DNA from: Methanothermobacter thermautotrophicus str. Delta H
Lineage (GTDB): Archaea; Methanobacteriota; Methanobacteria; Methanobacteriales; Methanothermobacteraceae
DNA: 32,000 nucleotides
Assembly (NCBI RefSeq): GCF_000008645.1
Contig: NC_000916.1
Span: forward strand, 1,050,001-1,082,000
Direction of reading: 5' to 3'
How positions within the stretch are numbered: the stretch's first letter is position 1; each line of letters opens with the position of its first letter. A program made the position numbers and the translations under genes. Positions 30,051 to 32,000 of this stretch are shown piece after piece. Under the pieces are notes generated by a model. That model searched no databases. It had not been told where the DNA came from and saw only the letters and a list, made by a program, of their open reading frames with translations.

Positions 30051-30146
30051 CAGCCCCATTTAGCATTAGCTCATCAACCATTAACTTGATCTGGGAGGTT
30101 GAGTTTAGTCAGCCAGCCCCATATTTAGCATTAGCTCATCAACCAT
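30051..30146 (-). repeat. Direct duplication of the 3' end of the MinD-type gene in the spacer before the CDF gene
   Basis: cagccccatttagcattagctcatcaaccat (30051-30081) matches cagccccatatttagcattagctcatcaaccat (30114-30146). The two are identical except for a 2-nt indel. Confidence 0.9.
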
Positions 30147-31001
30147 CCCCCTAAATAGCTTTTTAAGGTGGGGATTGAAGATCACTGCGGGTAATCCGTT
30201 GACCAGAGCATCTGTAAATGCCAAATCATAGGGTATTATTCCCATGATGGGTATCTCATTTCTATCTGCAAGATCTTCTATCTCAGCTGCGATCTCATGA
30301 TTTAAATCATATTTATTGATTATTATGGAGTGTGGGATCCCAAAATGACTTACAAGTTCTATTGCACGTTTAGAGTCATTTATAGCTGCCTTTGTAGGTT
30401 CCGTTACTATAATGGCCCGGTCACATCCCTTAACTGATGATACCACAGGGCAGCCAATACCGGCTGCTGAATCCAGGAGAGCCAGATCCATGCCCTCCGC
30501 TCTTCCAATTTCAGAGACCTTTCTCCTCAGAGAATCCACAATCTTTCCTGAGCCTCTCTCACCAATTTTAAGATGGCCGGATACCACAGGGAAACCGTAA
30601 TCAGACTTAAAATAGCAAATCTTTCCTGTATCCACTTCTTTGATGTCTATCGCTCTATCAGGGCATATATATGCACATGCTCCGCATCCTTCACAGAGAA
30701 ATTCATTTATTTCAGGTTTTGAGTTCTTTGCACTCCATTTTATTGCATTGAATCTGCATACCCTCACACATTTCTTTCTTGATTTGCATTTTTCAGCCAT
30801 TAAGAATGCCTTTTCAGAGGCCCTTATGGTTTCGCACTCCACATCCCCTGAAGATCCCATGATGAGTGCCAGATTGGGTGTGTCCACATCGCAGTCTCCA
30901 AGGATTATTTCTGCTCTATCAGCAAGTAGAACAGCCATTGAAGCCACTATGCTGCTCTTTCCAGCCCCACCCTTTCCTGAGAGGATGCATACCTCCTTCA
31001 C
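30105..31001 (-). CDS. MinD/ParA-superfamily P-loop ATPase with an inserted ferredoxin-like domain (second of a pair)
   Basis: It has the deviant Walker A SGKGGAGKSS. The insert carries one full CEGCGACAYICP motif and a degenerate CKSRKKCVRVC motif. I prefer GTG 31001 as start (GAGGTG Shine-Dalgarno site 5 nt upstream, 1 nt after the upstream stop). The track start at TTG 31022 is the alternative. Confidence 0.8.
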   Translation of the reverse strand: MKEVCILSGKGGAGKSSIVASMAVLLADRAEIILGDCDVDTPNLALIMGSSGDVECETIRASEKAFLMAEKCKSRKKCVRVCRFNAIKWSAKNSKPEINEFLCEGCGACAYICPDRAIDIKEVDTGKICYFKSDYGFPVVSGHLKIGERGSGKIVDSLRRKVSEIGRAEGMDLALLDSAAGIGCPVVSSVKGCDRAIIVTEPTKAAINDSKRAIELVSHFGIPHSIIINKYDLNHEIAAEIEDLADRNEIPIMGIIPYDLAFTDALVNGLPAVIFNPHLKKLFRGMVDELMLNMGLAD

Positions 31002-31002
31002 A

Positions 31003-31878
31003 TTAACACCTCTGCATCTCAAGTAACCCTGCGACAGTATCTATTCCTGGAACATTAAGGGGTTCACCCCCTGAATAGGCCTCCATTAAATCCTTAGAAT
31101 ATTCTATTTCAGCCACAATGGGCCTCCCTGTTTCTCTGGAAACCTCGAGTACCGGGTCTGCGTTACCGATTCCTGCACGGTTGAGGATAATACTTGAAGT
31201 TACATCCAGCCTCTCAAGTAGCTCAAGTATCAGCTTCAGGTCATGACTCCCAAAGGGTGTTGGCTCTGTAACAGCAAAGGCAAGGTTAGCATCCATGATG
31301 GCATGTATAACATTACAGTGGACTCCTGCTGCTGTGTCAATGATTATGAAGTCCATATCATGGTTCTCTCTCGCATTTTTCATGAGTGAGTCCACCAATC
31401 GTGCGCTTGATTCTATATTCACAGTTGTTTCCCCGGAAAGTAACCTGAAATTTCTTCTAATTTTCTCATCATAATTTTCAGGGAGTTTGCCATCATAAAG
31501 GAATCCTGCGACCATATCCTCATCCTTTATTGCATTATTTCTGCATGAAAGACTGCATGTCCCACAGCCACTGCATCTATCCCTGACAAGAATTGGGTGC
31601 CTGCCCTCCACAAATACGATTGCATTTTTCCTGCACACCTCTGAACATTTACCACACATGGAGCAAGCTGAAAAATCAAAGGAGGGTATCTGAAGAGTTA
31701 CTTCATCTGTTTTTCTTCTCTGCACGGACAGGATTATGTGGTCATCTGGACACTCAACATCTGTGTCCACCAGGAGCACCCTGAATTTATCGGCGAGGGC
31801 TATGGCGAGAGAACATGCTATGGTTGATTTTCCTGTTCCTCCCTTTCCCCCGGTTATTGCTACCATTAAGGGCTTCAT
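31003..31878 (-). CDS. MinD/ParA-superfamily P-loop ATPase with an inserted 2x[4Fe-4S] ferredoxin-like domain (first of a pair)
   Basis: It has the deviant Walker A GGKGGTGKST and two CxxCxxCxxxC motifs (CSMCGKCSEVC and CSGCGTCSLSC) inserted after the P-loop. Confidence 0.8.
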   Translation of the reverse strand: MKPLMVAITGGKGGTGKSTIACSLAIALADKFRVLLVDTDVECPDDHIILSVQRRKTDEVTLQIPSFDFSACSMCGKCSEVCRKNAIVFVEGRHPILVRDRCSGCGTCSLSCRNNAIKDEDMVAGFLYDGKLPENYDEKIRRNFRLLSGETTVNIESSARLVDSLMKNARENHDMDFIIIDTAAGVHCNVIHAIMDANLAFAVTEPTPFGSHDLKLILELLERLDVTSSIILNRAGIGNADPVLEVSRETGRPIVAEIEYSKDLMEAYSGGEPLNVPGIDTVAGLLEMQRC

Positions 31879-31908
31879 CGAAACACCGGCTCATCATGGA
31901 TTTAGTGT

Positions 31909-32000
31909 CTATCTTCTTCTCCTGCCACGGCCACTGCCTGGTGATCGTATCTCCTCAAGATTTCCCTCTGTGAAGAGCTTGAGATTCTCCTCAACTGATG
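31909..32000 (-). CDS. 3' end of an unidentified upstream gene with an Arg/Gly-rich tail
   Basis: My translation of the minus strand gives ...SVEENLKLFTEGNLEEIRSPGSGRGRRRR followed by TAG (31911..31909), 30 nt upstream of the first MinD-type start. Only 29 codons are visible. Confidence 0.3.
   Translation of the reverse strand, partial: SVEENLKLFTEGNLEEIRSPGSGRGRRRR

Noticed and set aside
30093-30098. Plus-strand GGAGGT in the MinD/CDF spacer as a ribosome binding site for a + strand gene
   Set aside because: No start codon or ORF follows it on the plus strand.

Overview
The window looks like a core methanogenesis island from a Methanothermobacter-type hydrogenotrophic methanogen (thermautotrophicus/marburgensis-like, judged from my recall of the Hmd, Mcr and Mtr protein sequences). 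Coding density is high, coding GC is about 50%, and spacers are AT-rich with archaeal TATA boxes and GGAGGTGA-type Shine-Dalgarno sites. Left to right: (1) a minus-strand operon with a small unknown protein, a half-size FdhA-like protein, an FdhB/FrhB-like protein, an MvhD-like protein and a Cys-rich unknown protein that runs off the left edge; (2) a 570-bp AT-rich divergent promoter region; (3) hmd ([Fe]-hydrogenase) followed by hcgABCDEF (FeGP cofactor biosynthesis); (4) sufC-sufB; (5) a minus-strand operon with an actin-fold ATPase-like protein, a CobY-like nucleotidyltransferase and a PRC-barrel protein; (6) a universal stress protein and a Na+/Ca2+ exchanger; (7) the complete mcrBDCGA operon (MCR isoenzyme I) followed directly by mtrEDCBAFGH, all on the minus strand; (8) divergent from mcrB, mmp10 and a translationally coupled B12-type radical SAM gene, both MCR post-translational modification enzymes or candidates; (9) a minus-strand cluster with two MinD-type P-loop ATPases carrying ferredoxin inserts and a cation-diffusion-facilitator protein fused to a NifX/NifB-like cofactor-binding domain. 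I found no rRNA, tRNA, CRISPR array, transposase or prophage signal. The items most worth follow-up are the MinD-ferredoxin pair with the CDF::NifX-like fusion (no known function), the orphan FdhA-half/FdhB/MvhD module, the two short duplications of gene termini at operon junctions, the sufC gene with no canonical start codon, and a possible 16-codon micro-gene upstream of hmd. Every family call rests on motif reading and remembered homology, not on a database search.
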